From NCBI GenBank assembly GCA_051117555.1, contig JBNPEG010000223.1, forward strand, positions 1 to 14,511: DNA of 14,511 nucleotides, in the 5' to 3' direction. The stretch is from Elainellaceae cyanobacterium (lineage in GTDB: Bacteria > Cyanobacteriota > Cyanobacteriia > CAZCXK01). A program made the position numbers and the translations under genes. Within the stretch, counting starts at the first letter, position 1, and each line of letters starts with the position of its first letter. A model generated the notes under the pieces. That model was not told where the DNA came from. It saw only the letters and a list, made by a program, of their open reading frames with translations, and searched no databases. Positions 1-7,435 of the stretch are shown one piece after another.

Positions 1-125
1 CAAGACATTGTGCTATTCCAAGTGCGTGAATATGCTGAAGCACTCTATCCGTTTGCTACTGCACTACCTCAGATTTGGGGAAGTGCCTGTCCCAGCATAG
101 ATTCATACCCTTATTCAGCAACGCC
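1..125 (+). mobile_element. Right end of an IS1-family insertion sequence (transposase C-terminus plus terminal inverted repeat)
   Basis: Frame +2 (2-100) reads KTLCYSKCVNMLKHSIRLLLHYLRFGEVPVPA*, which resembles the C-terminus of cyanobacterial IS1-family (InsB-like) transposases. It is followed by TTCATACCCTTATTCAGCAACGCC (102-125; reverse complement GGCGTTGCTGAATAAGGGTATGAA), an IS1-type GG...TG end. RT homology stops at this point. Confidence 0.8.
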
Positions 126-613
126 ATAAGTTGCACCCACAGTGCTGGAATATCAAGCTGCTCAACTTGATTAAGCAATAGAGGCCAAGACAAGCAATCA
201 AAAAACTGCTGAATATCTGCCTTAATCACCCAGGTGGGTTGATATCGATATCGCTCCATGACTCGCTCGACAGCAGAGTAGATGGATAACCCAGGACGAT
301 AGGCAAATGCACTGTCGCTAAACTGGTTTTCCAGGGCGGGATAGATCGACTGGAGCAAAAACCGCTGCACAATACGATCTTGAACGGTGGGAATGCCAAT
401 CAAGCGTTTGCCGCCGCTTTTCTTGGGCAACAAAAATCCCTTGGCTGGATCGGCTAAATATGTTTCTCGCTGAAGCTGGCGGCTCAGCAGTCGGATCTGA
501 TCTTGGGCAATGCCCGCAAATAGATCGGTGGTGACGCCATCTATTCCCGCTGCACAGCTACCCCGCTTTACGAGGCTCCATGCGATGCCTAGTTGTTCTG
601 ATAAAACATTCAT
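126..613 (-). pseudogene. Reverse transcriptase (group II intron-like, probably CRISPR-associated type), N-terminal ~163 aa, interrupted by IS1
   Basis: Motifs AAGIDGVT (RT0), PKKSGGKRLIGIPTVQDRIVQ (RT1/2), FSDSAFAYRPG (RT2a) and VIKADIQQFFD (RT3) are present. QG (RT4) and YxDD (RT5) are absent because the ORF runs into the IS end after ...WVQL(M). GGAG lies upstream of the ATG at 613. Confidence 0.85.
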
Positions 614-690
614 GAGTTTGCTCCATTTGAGATGGAGATGGTGGTAATGGGGGGATGGGGGGATTTTTGAGAGACTTTGGAATTGGCACT

Positions 691-1078
691 ATGGGGATGG
701 TTAGAAGCCACCAGGATTTGGAGGTTTATCGATTAGCATTTGATGCTGCAATGCAGGTATTTAAGCTGTCACAGCAATTTCCCATCGATGAACGGTATTC
801 TTTGACTGACCAAATCCGTCGTTCATCTCGGTCGGTCTGCGCAAATTTGGTAGAGGCTTGGCGTAAACGACGCTATCAAGCTGCTTTTTTTTTCAAAGCT
901 CAGTGATTCAGAAGCAGAAGCTGCTGAAACCCAAACCTGGATAGAGTTTGCCGTTCGATGTGAATATCTCACTCCCCAAACTGGAACTGCTCTACATCAG
1001 ACCTACGAACAAATTCTCGGAAAACTAGTCAATCTCAAAAACAACGCCTCAAATTGGTGCACCCCGTTAAAGCCCTAA
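691..1078 (+). pseudogene. Four-helix-bundle protein (23S rRNA intervening-sequence protein / Avd-like), +1 frameshift in a T9 tract
   Basis: The first frame reads SHQDLEVYRLAF...FPIDERYSLTDQIRRSSRSVCANLVEAWRKRRY. After T9 (885-893) the next frame continues SKLSDSEAEAAETQTWIEFAVRCEYL...YEQILGKLVNL...KP* (stop 1076-1078). Removing one T restores a 128-aa protein. Confidence 0.88.
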
Positions 1079-1082
1079 CCCT

Positions 1083-1162
1083 CCCTCATCCCCTCATCCC
1101 CTCATCCCCTCATCCCCTCATCCCCTCATCCCCTCATCCCCTCATCCCCTCATCCCCTCATC
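1083..1162 (+). repeat. Perfect octamer tandem repeat (CCCTCATC)x10
   Basis: Read directly: ten exact copies starting a few bases after the four-helix-bundle stop codon. Confidence 0.97.
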
Positions 1163-1229
1163 CCTATACTCCCAAAGCGTTTTCTGCACTCATGCCTGAG
1201 TTTGGAAAAAAGGATATGATCTCAGATAC

Positions 1230-1260
1230 GAGTTCGTGTCTGAGTTCAAACCTGAGTTCA
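1230..1260 (+). promoter_or_regulatory. Three GAGTTC direct repeats at 12-bp period, possible operator
   Basis: GAGTTC occurs at 1230, 1242 and 1254 (the last two extend to CTGAGTTCA), just upstream of the ATG at 1273 of an HTH protein gene. The operator role is inference. Confidence 0.35.
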
Positions 1261-1272
1261 GTTCTGACAACA

Positions 1273-2103
1273 ATGCCACGTTCAGTTCGTGTCCACCCCG
1301 ATCATCAACCTGCTCTAGCACTCGCCCTGGAACGCAATGGTTTCTTAACTCAAGGCGACCTAGCTGCTCATCTAGAGATTGCGTTGTCTACTGTCAGCAA
1401 CTTCTTTCGAGGATTAAATGTTTCTGTTTCAAAGTTTGAGCAAATTTGCGAAGCGCTCGGACTCGATCGAAAATCAATCATCATCCCTAGTGGTTCGGTA
1501 CCTTCATCACCGAAGGTCGATTCACCTGCTCTAGAACCAGACTTCTTTGCGTATGACGATGCATGGGTAGGACGGGAATCGCTGATTGAGGATTTGAAGC
1601 AACGGATTACAGGAAGCTGCCGCATTCTTCTCATTTCAGGAATTGCGGGCATTGGTAAGACGGCGATCGCTGATAAGCGAGCAGACAACTCAGCAAAGGC
1701 TGATTTGCACGACAAATTGGCCTATCTCTATCTACACCAGCAGAACTATAATCAAGCTATTGATCATTATCTGCAAGCTTTTGGAGTTGCTCAAGCCCAG
1801 CAAAACCTTCAACTCCAAGGCAAAGTATTAAATAATTTGGGAAGCATCTTTCTTGGGCTAGAACAGTATTCAGAGGCGATTGGCTACTTTCAGTACGCGA
1901 TAAACGTCTGGCAACAGCTTGGTGATAAAGAGAAGCAAGCAAAGCTTTGGTTTCTCTTAGGAAAGACTTTTAAGGAGCAAAATCGCATTGAGCAGGCGAT
2001 CGCAGCATTTCGATCAGTAAAAGATTTATATAACCAATTGCATAAACCTGATCTAGTACAACGGTGTGATGCAGTTATCGAAAGCTTGTCTGCTGGCCGT
2101 TAA
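1273..2103 (+). CDS. Xre-type HTH + truncated P-loop (NB-ARC/STAND-like) + TPR protein; probable internal deletion derivative
   Basis: N-terminal HTH (TQGDLAAHLEIALSTVSNFFRG...FEQICEALGL), STAND entry motif WVGRESLIEDL and Walker A GIAGIGKT, followed immediately by ~3 TPRs (GKVLNNLGSIFLGLEQYSEAIGYFQYA). The ATG at 1273 is preferred over the TTG at 1054, which would translate the tandem repeat. Confidence 0.8.
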   Translation: MPRSVRVHPDHQPALALALERNGFLTQGDLAAHLEIALSTVSNFFRGLNVSVSKFEQICEALGLDRKSIIIPSGSVPSSPKVDSPALEPDFFAYDDAWVGRESLIEDLKQRITGSCRILLISGIAGIGKTAIADKRADNSAKADLHDKLAYLYLHQQNYNQAIDHYLQAFGVAQAQQNLQLQGKVLNNLGSIFLGLEQYSEAIGYFQYAINVWQQLGDKEKQAKLWFLLGKTFKEQNRIEQAIAAFRSVKDLYNQLHKPDLVQRCDAVIESLSAGR

Positions 2104-2190
2104 GTGCTGAGCCTTCAAAATGTTGCGCAATCCTACTCATTCTTGAATCTCATTTATCAATATCTGCTTCGTTGAGATTGTGATTGAGAT

Positions 2191-2501
2191 TTAATTTTGT
2201 GGAGGTAACGGGCGATCGCCCTGCAACATCGCTTTCTCAAACGCCTCTTGGTGATGTTGTTTCGTGATCCATCGGTGATAAATCTTACTGTGAACCTCAA
2301 CTGAATGTCCTTGCTGTTGAGCGGCGATCGAAATGTCAATCTTGAACCGGAGCGATCGTACTGCCCAAGCATGACGCAGCATTTTGGGTGAAAACGGGTA
2401 CGTCATAGTAACTCAGGGGTCAATAGAGCGCTTGGAGGCAATTTAGAAAAGATGTTCCAGTAATCCTTCTGCCAAGTTGTCTCAGATTGGGGTGTTTTCT
2501 C
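2191..2501 (-). pseudogene. Tyrosine recombinase / phage integrase remnant
   Basis: The C-terminal fragment PFSPKMLRHAWAVR...QQGHSVEVHSKIYHRWI carries the LRH, GH and catalytic Y motifs. An upstream out-of-frame fragment KTPQSETTWQKDYWNIFSKLPPSALLTPELL (~2501-2406) resembles the middle part of cyanobacterial integrases. It lies next to the tRNA 3' end. Confidence 0.8.
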
Positions 2502-2575
2502 CCAGCACGTAACGCAGCGTTAATTTTCTCGTAGATTACCGTGTAGTTTGGAATTGTTTCGGATAATCCCCCAAA

Positions 2576-2610
2576 AGCAAAAACCTCGAAAACCTGATAG
2601 ATTCGAGGTT
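2576..2610 (-). terminator. Intrinsic terminator-like hairpin downstream of tRNA-Phe
   Basis: AACCTCGAA (2582-2590) pairs with TTCGAGGTT (2602-2610), followed by T runs on the minus strand. Confidence 0.65.
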
Positions 2611-2637
2611 CTGCCTTTCAATTTTACATGGAAAAAA

Positions 2638-2710
<73 letters not shown>

Positions 2711-2748
2711 ACACTTGCATCAAGCGCATCTAATTTGAGCGCTTTATT

Positions 2749-2778
2749 AAGCTAACAAACCGAGAAGAATCTTGGCAA
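2749..2778 (-). promoter_or_regulatory. Putative sigma70-type promoter of tRNA-Phe
   Basis: Minus strand TTGCCA-N18-TAGCTT with TG in the extended -10 position, about 40 bp upstream of the tRNA. Confidence 0.5.
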
Positions 2779-2790
2779 GCAATTTAGTGG

Positions 2791-2858
2791 GAAAAAATGA
2801 CATCAGGACATCAAGCGTGGTTTATACCGAAATAGCCCACAGTCGTGTCCTAATGTCA
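2791..2858 (-). terminator. Long imperfect hairpin plus T tract after the PPC gene
   Basis: TGACATCAGGACA (2798-2810) pairs with TGTCCTAATGTCA (2846-2858) at 12/13 positions, with an inner GTGG/CCAC pair. It is followed by T6 on the minus strand and starts 8 bp after the stop codon. Confidence 0.6.
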
Positions 2859-2866
2859 AGTTGAGT

Positions 2867-3319
2867 CTAATCAACCGGGCGCAAACGAGTCACTTTTAGG
2901 TTAAAGGCTCCCATTCCCTGCCCTCCATAGGGGCGTACCCGAAGAACATATTCACCCGGCTGCGGAATGCGAGCAAACAACATTGAGTTAGTGGTTCCAT
3001 CTGGCCCGTCATCATTTTCACCAAATGTTGAGCCATCCGGCGCAATCAGGGTAATGATTGTGTCAAATTCTTCAGATACCAAATCTACGACCACATGGTC
3101 GCCCTCTTCAAGCGTCACCGTGTAGTCACGTGCAAACCCACCAAAGCCTGTCGGAATATCTTTCTCAGAGAGCGTATCCGAAATTTCATTGCTGGGAGGC
3201 AAAGGAATGGGGTTGTACATCTGGGTTTGAGCATTCGCCACTGTCGTCATGCCAACCGTAACTAAAGTTGCAGGCACTAGTAGCGGAATGCCAAATCGAG
3301 GAATCGAAAACTTGCTCAT
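2867..3319 (-). CDS. Secreted PPC (pre-peptidase C-terminal) domain protein
   Basis: Signal peptide ending VANA-Q and PPC-like motifs DYTVTLEEGDHVVVDLVSEEFDTIITL...ENDDGPDGTTNS...PGEYVLRV...GAFNLKV. The ATG at 3319 is preferred over the GTG at 3337. Confidence 0.85.
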   Translation of the reverse strand: MSKFSIPRFGIPLLVPATLVTVGMTTVANAQTQMYNPIPLPPSNEISDTLSEKDIPTGFGGFARDYTVTLEEGDHVVVDLVSEEFDTIITLIAPDGSTFGENDDGPDGTTNSMLFARIPQPGEYVLRVRPYGGQGMGAFNLKVTRLRPVD

Positions 3320-3614
3320 AAGCGCGCGTTGCCCCACTCGTATAGCTAAAAATAAGAAGAACTGGTTAATTATTGCTTATTATCCCCCGCCTCGTCTTGG
3401 GGTAATCGACATCCATCGACCATTCATTTCGATCGGTGTCCCGGCGTTAGCGTCTGCTGGCAGTCATATTCTAAACGATCTAGCTGGGGCTATATTTATG
3501 AACACTTAAGATTTAACGTCCAAGAGTCATGACGCTCATATATGACTCATCGGCTCATCGTTCACAGCGATCGCCAGTTAAACTTGAGTTGAAGAAATAT
3601 TACTGATTAGACCT

Positions 3615-3884
3615 ATGACACCAAAAATCGAAATCTACACCTGGAGTATGTGCCCTTTTTGTATTCGAGCAAAAGGATTGTTAGACAAAAAGGACGTCGA
3701 CTACACAGAATATTGCATTGACGGTGACGAAGACGCGCGCGACGAGATGGCAGAACGCGCCAACGGGCGGCGCAGTTTGCCACAAATATTTGTCAATGAC
3801 CAGCACATCGGCGGATGCGATGATCTCTATACTCTAAATGCGCAGGGAAAACTGGATGAACTGCTTCAAGTCGGTTCTAAGTAA
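3615..3884 (+). CDS. grxC: Glutaredoxin 3
   Basis: CPFC active site, RRSLPQIF and IGGCDDL motifs; adjacent to gshB as is usual in cyanobacteria. Confidence 0.96.
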   Translation: MTPKIEIYTWSMCPFCIRAKGLLDKKDVDYTEYCIDGDEDARDEMAERANGRRSLPQIFVNDQHIGGCDDLYTLNAQGKLDELLQVGSK

Positions 3885-3899
3885 TGCGGAGAGTATGCT

Positions 3900-4883
3900 G
3901 TGAAATTTGCGTTCATCATTGACCCTATTGATCGACTTGATCCCGGTCACGATACTAGCGTAGCTCTAATGGAGGCTGCACAAGCAGCAGGGCACGAGGT
4001 TTGGATCACCGAAGCAAAGTATTTGGGCGTCGTCGATGGTAAAGCGGAAGGCCGCTTACAGCAGGTGATGCTAAATCCGGTTCAGCTTGGCGAGGGACGA
4101 TGGGTGGCGCCTAATCCGTGGTATCGGTTGGGCGATCGCGCGGTGATGTATCTCGAAGAACTAGATGCAGTGTTCATGCGGATTGATCCACCGGTGAACA
4201 CAGCCTATCTCTATGCCACCTATATTCTTGACTATGTTGATCCCACCCAAACGTTGGTAATGAATTCGACCCACGGGTTACGAACTGCCAACGAAAAAAT
4301 GTACGCTTTGCGATTTCAAGATCTGATCCCGCGCACGCTGGTCAGCCAAGATAAGCAGGTGATTCTTGAATTTGTTAAAGAACAAGAAATTGCTGTGCTC
4401 AAGCCATTGGGCGGCAAGGGCGGAGAAGGAATTTTCTTAATCGAAGCACGCGATCGCAACTTTAATTCGCTCATCGAGGTGAGTACGCAATATAACCAGC
4501 TTCCCATCATCGTGCAGCAGTATCTTCCGGAGGCAAAAGACGGAGACAAACGCATCATTTTGCTCGACGGTGAACCCATTGGCGCAGTCAATCGGATTCC
4601 AACGGGCAGCGAGTTTCGGGGCAATATGGCCGTCGGAGGACGGGTTGCCGAAGCTGCTATCACAGAGCGCGATCGCACGATTTGCGAACGGTTGGCGCCA
4701 ATGCTTCGTCAAGATGGCCTCTATTTCGTCGGCATCGATGTGATCGGAGGATATTTAACGGAAGTCAACGTGACTAGCCCGACTGGCATTCGTGAAATTG
4801 ATCGTCTTAACAACGTGTCGCTAGGGGCTCAAGTGATTGAGTGGGTTGTTGAATATCGGTCGAAACTCACCGCCTCAATTTAG
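3900..4883 (+). CDS. gshB: Glutathione synthetase
   Basis: MKFAFIIDPI...DTSVALMEAAQ, VFMRIDPP, ANEK, KPLGGKGGEGI, GDKRI, FRGNMAVGG and EVNVTSPTG motifs. Confidence 0.97.
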   Translation: MKFAFIIDPIDRLDPGHDTSVALMEAAQAAGHEVWITEAKYLGVVDGKAEGRLQQVMLNPVQLGEGRWVAPNPWYRLGDRAVMYLEELDAVFMRIDPPVNTAYLYATYILDYVDPTQTLVMNSTHGLRTANEKMYALRFQDLIPRTLVSQDKQVILEFVKEQEIAVLKPLGGKGGEGIFLIEARDRNFNSLIEVSTQYNQLPIIVQQYLPEAKDGDKRIILLDGEPIGAVNRIPTGSEFRGNMAVGGRVAEAAITERDRTICERLAPMLRQDGLYFVGIDVIGGYLTEVNVTSPTGIREIDRLNNVSLGAQVIEWVVEYRSKLTASI

Positions 4884-4977
4884 GAATCAAGTTTTGGCAC
4901 TGACTCTTAGTACACATTACAATCTGGCAAGATGAGATAGCTTCAAGAATTGAAACCTCGACTGTCATGGAGGGTCT

Positions 4978-6075
4978 ATGAGTCAGTTTCGGTATCCGAT
5001 TTGGACACCCTACCGCTTCAATCGGCGGCGGTTTATTCAATACGGGGCGATCGCTGTTGGTGCTGGCATTGCAACTGCCTGTTCGGGCAATCAATCAAAC
5101 GAGGCCGCTGCGCCAGAAACAGAAACGTCTGCATCCCCAAGCCCATCTGGAGAACTCGATCAAGTCACCTATGGCACCAACTGGTATGCCCAAGCCGAAC
5201 ACGGTGGGTTTTATCAAGCAGTGGCAACTGGTATTTATGAGAATCATGGTCTTGATGTCACCATTCAAATGGGGGGCCCTCAAGTCAACGGCACGCAACT
5301 GCTGATGGGAGAGGCGGTTGATTTTTTTATGGGATATACCGCTGATGCGATTAGAGCGATTGAAGAGGGCATTCCCAAAGTGACCGTTGCAGCGATCTTT
5401 CAGAAAGATCCACAAATTTTGCTGGCTCATCCCGATATGGGCATCGAATCCTTGGAAGACTTGCAGGGTAAGCCCATTTTTATTTCGTCGGCTGCTAATG
5501 TAACCTACTGGCCTTTCTTAGCAGCTAAATATGGCTTCACAGACGATCAGAAACGCCCCTATAACTTCAACTCAGGCCCCTTTCTCGCGAATAAAAATTC
5601 TGCGCAACAAGGCTACCTCAGCTCTGAGCCTCTCAAGATCAAGCAGGAAGGTGGGTTTGAGCCGATCGTGTTTTTGTTAGCCGATTATGGCTATGATCCC
5701 TACTCGACGACCATTGAAACTCGGCAAGACCTTGTGGATTCGAATCCTGACCTGGTACAACGATTTGTCGATGCGTCTATCAAGGGATGGTATAGCTATC
5801 TAGAGGACCCCGCGCCAGGCAATGAACTGATCAAACAAGACAATCCTGAAATGACGGATGAGCTATTGGCGTATGGTCTTGAAAAAATGAAGGAGTATGG
5901 CATTGCTATTTCGGGTGAGGCTGAAACTCAAGGCATTGGTGCTATGACCGATGAACGCTGGAAGTCTTTTTTTGACACCATGGTAGACGCAGGCATCTAC
6001 AGCGCTGATACCGATTACACTCAAGCCTACACCCCCGAATTTATCAACAAAGGAACTGAATACTACTCATCCTGA
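4978..6075 (+). CDS. NitT/TauT-family ABC transporter substrate-binding lipoprotein (NMT1/THI5-like)
   Basis: Tat-like NRRRFI, lipobox IATAC, and NWYAQAEHGGFYQA, GGPQVN, AAIFQKDPQ motifs. Confidence 0.9.
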   Translation: MSQFRYPIWTPYRFNRRRFIQYGAIAVGAGIATACSGNQSNEAAAPETETSASPSPSGELDQVTYGTNWYAQAEHGGFYQAVATGIYENHGLDVTIQMGGPQVNGTQLLMGEAVDFFMGYTADAIRAIEEGIPKVTVAAIFQKDPQILLAHPDMGIESLEDLQGKPIFISSAANVTYWPFLAAKYGFTDDQKRPYNFNSGPFLANKNSAQQGYLSSEPLKIKQEGGFEPIVFLLADYGYDPYSTTIETRQDLVDSNPDLVQRFVDASIKGWYSYLEDPAPGNELIKQDNPEMTDELLAYGLEKMKEYGIAISGEAETQGIGAMTDERWKSFFDTMVDAGIYSADTDYTQAYTPEFINKGTEYYSS

Positions 6076-6172
6076 TTTACTGGGAGCCGTGACTCTGCCA
6101 AACGCTCTATGCAAAAGCGATAGAGAAGTATCCTGTTCATCCATGTGTGTTCTCGTTATCAAAAGCTAGCGT

Positions 6173-6967
6173 ATGAATCTACCGACTGCGATCGCCCTTC
6201 AGCAGGTCAACAAAGTCTACGCCAACGGCACGGTGGCTCTCCAGGATCTTGATCTGACCATTGGCGAGTCAGAGTTTGTCAGCTTACTTGGGCCGTCTGG
6301 ATGCGGCAAAAGTACTGTCCTAAAACTGATTGCCGGGTTGGGAAAATTGAGCTCGGGGCATATTCATTGGGCGGGCGATCGCACGCGTCAGAAACTTGCA
6401 TTTGTCTTCCAAGACGCTGCACTCATGCCGTGGGCAACGGTGCAAGACAATATTCGGTTACCTCTCAAGCTCGCAGGTCTATCCAAACGCGCCACCGATC
6501 GCGCCATTGAGGAAGCTATTGACCTGGTTCATCTCTGCGGGTGTGAAACCTCGTATCCTCGGGAGTTGTCGGGTGGCATGAAGATGCGCGTATCGATTGC
6601 TCGGGCGCTTGTCACAAAACCCCATGTTCTCTTAATGGATGAACCCTTCGGCGCTCTGGATGAAATGACCCGCCATCAGCTTAATAGCGACTTGCTGGAA
6701 TTGTGGGACGAGATGCGCTGGACGGTGATCTTTGTGACCCACAGCATCTATGAAGCCGTCTATCTATCAAACCGAGTTGTGGTTATGGCGGCCCGTCCAG
6801 GGCGAGTCGTCACTGATGTTGAGATTAAGGCGACCTATCCGCGCCCGCCTGAGTTTCGCAATTCAGCGCTGTATAGCACCTATTGCCGCGATGTATCTAC
6901 ACGTCTGCGGCAGGCAGCAGGCGCCGAATATGCTGTCGATGAGCGAGTGAGTGGTTCGCCAATTTAA
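6173..6967 (+). CDS. NitT/TauT-family ABC transporter ATP-binding protein
   Basis: Walker A GPSGCGKST, signature LSGGMKMR, Walker B LLMDEPFGALD and H-loop FVTHS. Confidence 0.95.
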   Translation: MNLPTAIALQQVNKVYANGTVALQDLDLTIGESEFVSLLGPSGCGKSTVLKLIAGLGKLSSGHIHWAGDRTRQKLAFVFQDAALMPWATVQDNIRLPLKLAGLSKRATDRAIEEAIDLVHLCGCETSYPRELSGGMKMRVSIARALVTKPHVLLMDEPFGALDEMTRHQLNSDLLELWDEMRWTVIFVTHSIYEAVYLSNRVVVMAARPGRVVTDVEIKATYPRPPEFRNSALYSTYCRDVSTRLRQAAGAEYAVDERVSGSPI

Positions 6968-7067
6968 TCTTGACAGCCAACTCCGCCCTCTGCTTTTTAC
7001 CTTCAGCCCTGATGGTGCGTTACGCTGGCGCATTAGCGTAGCCATGCCTGAAAGGCTATACAGTACC

Positions 7068-7095
7068 CTACTTCTGCCTTTCTACTTCTGCCGCC
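7068..7095 (+). repeat. Short tandem repeat (CTACTTCTGCC-N3)x2, STRR-like
   Basis: CTACTTCTGCCTTT followed by CTACTTCTGCCGCC, read directly. Confidence 0.6.
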
Positions 7096-7435
7096 GCTCT
7101 GCCATGTTGTATCCCAGGGACTAAGCCTCAAGAAATAGTTAAGGGTATCCACCGGTCTGTCTTTAAGCAGGCGCTATGTTTGGTGCAAAATTCTATGATC
7201 AGGATTAATACGAGGTGAGGTTATCTCAACAGCTTCGGCTGAAAGCAGTTACTGTTCTCAATTGCAAAGGGGGCAGGGTACAAAATTTTCCCAGGCACTA
7301 TGAACCGAGCGATGCATCAGCAGACGATGCATTGTCAGGCAGCGTATTAGAACTACCTGTCGGAAATATGCGTAGAAGCGATAACCGTCGTATTAGTGCT
7401 TTCTCTATCTAGTCAGCGCTCTGAGGACTGAAATC

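Noticed and set aside
56..125. C-terminal ~22 aa of the RT ORF as genuine RT sequence
   Set aside because: It is antisense read-through into the IS1 end.
1083..1162. CRISPR array
   Set aside because: It is a spacerless 8-bp microsatellite. No repeat-spacer array was seen anywhere in the window.
1054..1272. N-terminal extension of the 349-aa ORF (PHPLIPSS repeats)
   Set aside because: It is a translation of the tandem repeat from a TTG inside the upstream gene. The HTH domain begins at the ATG at 1273.
126..1300. Classical diversity-generating retroelement (RT + Avd)
   Set aside because: No TR/VR pair with adenine-specific mismatches is visible, the two genes are divergent rather than co-oriented, and the RT N-terminus looks group II/CRISPR-like.
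7215..7412. 65-aa ORF upstream of cfa
   Set aside because: No recognisable motif; more likely the cfa promoter/leader region.
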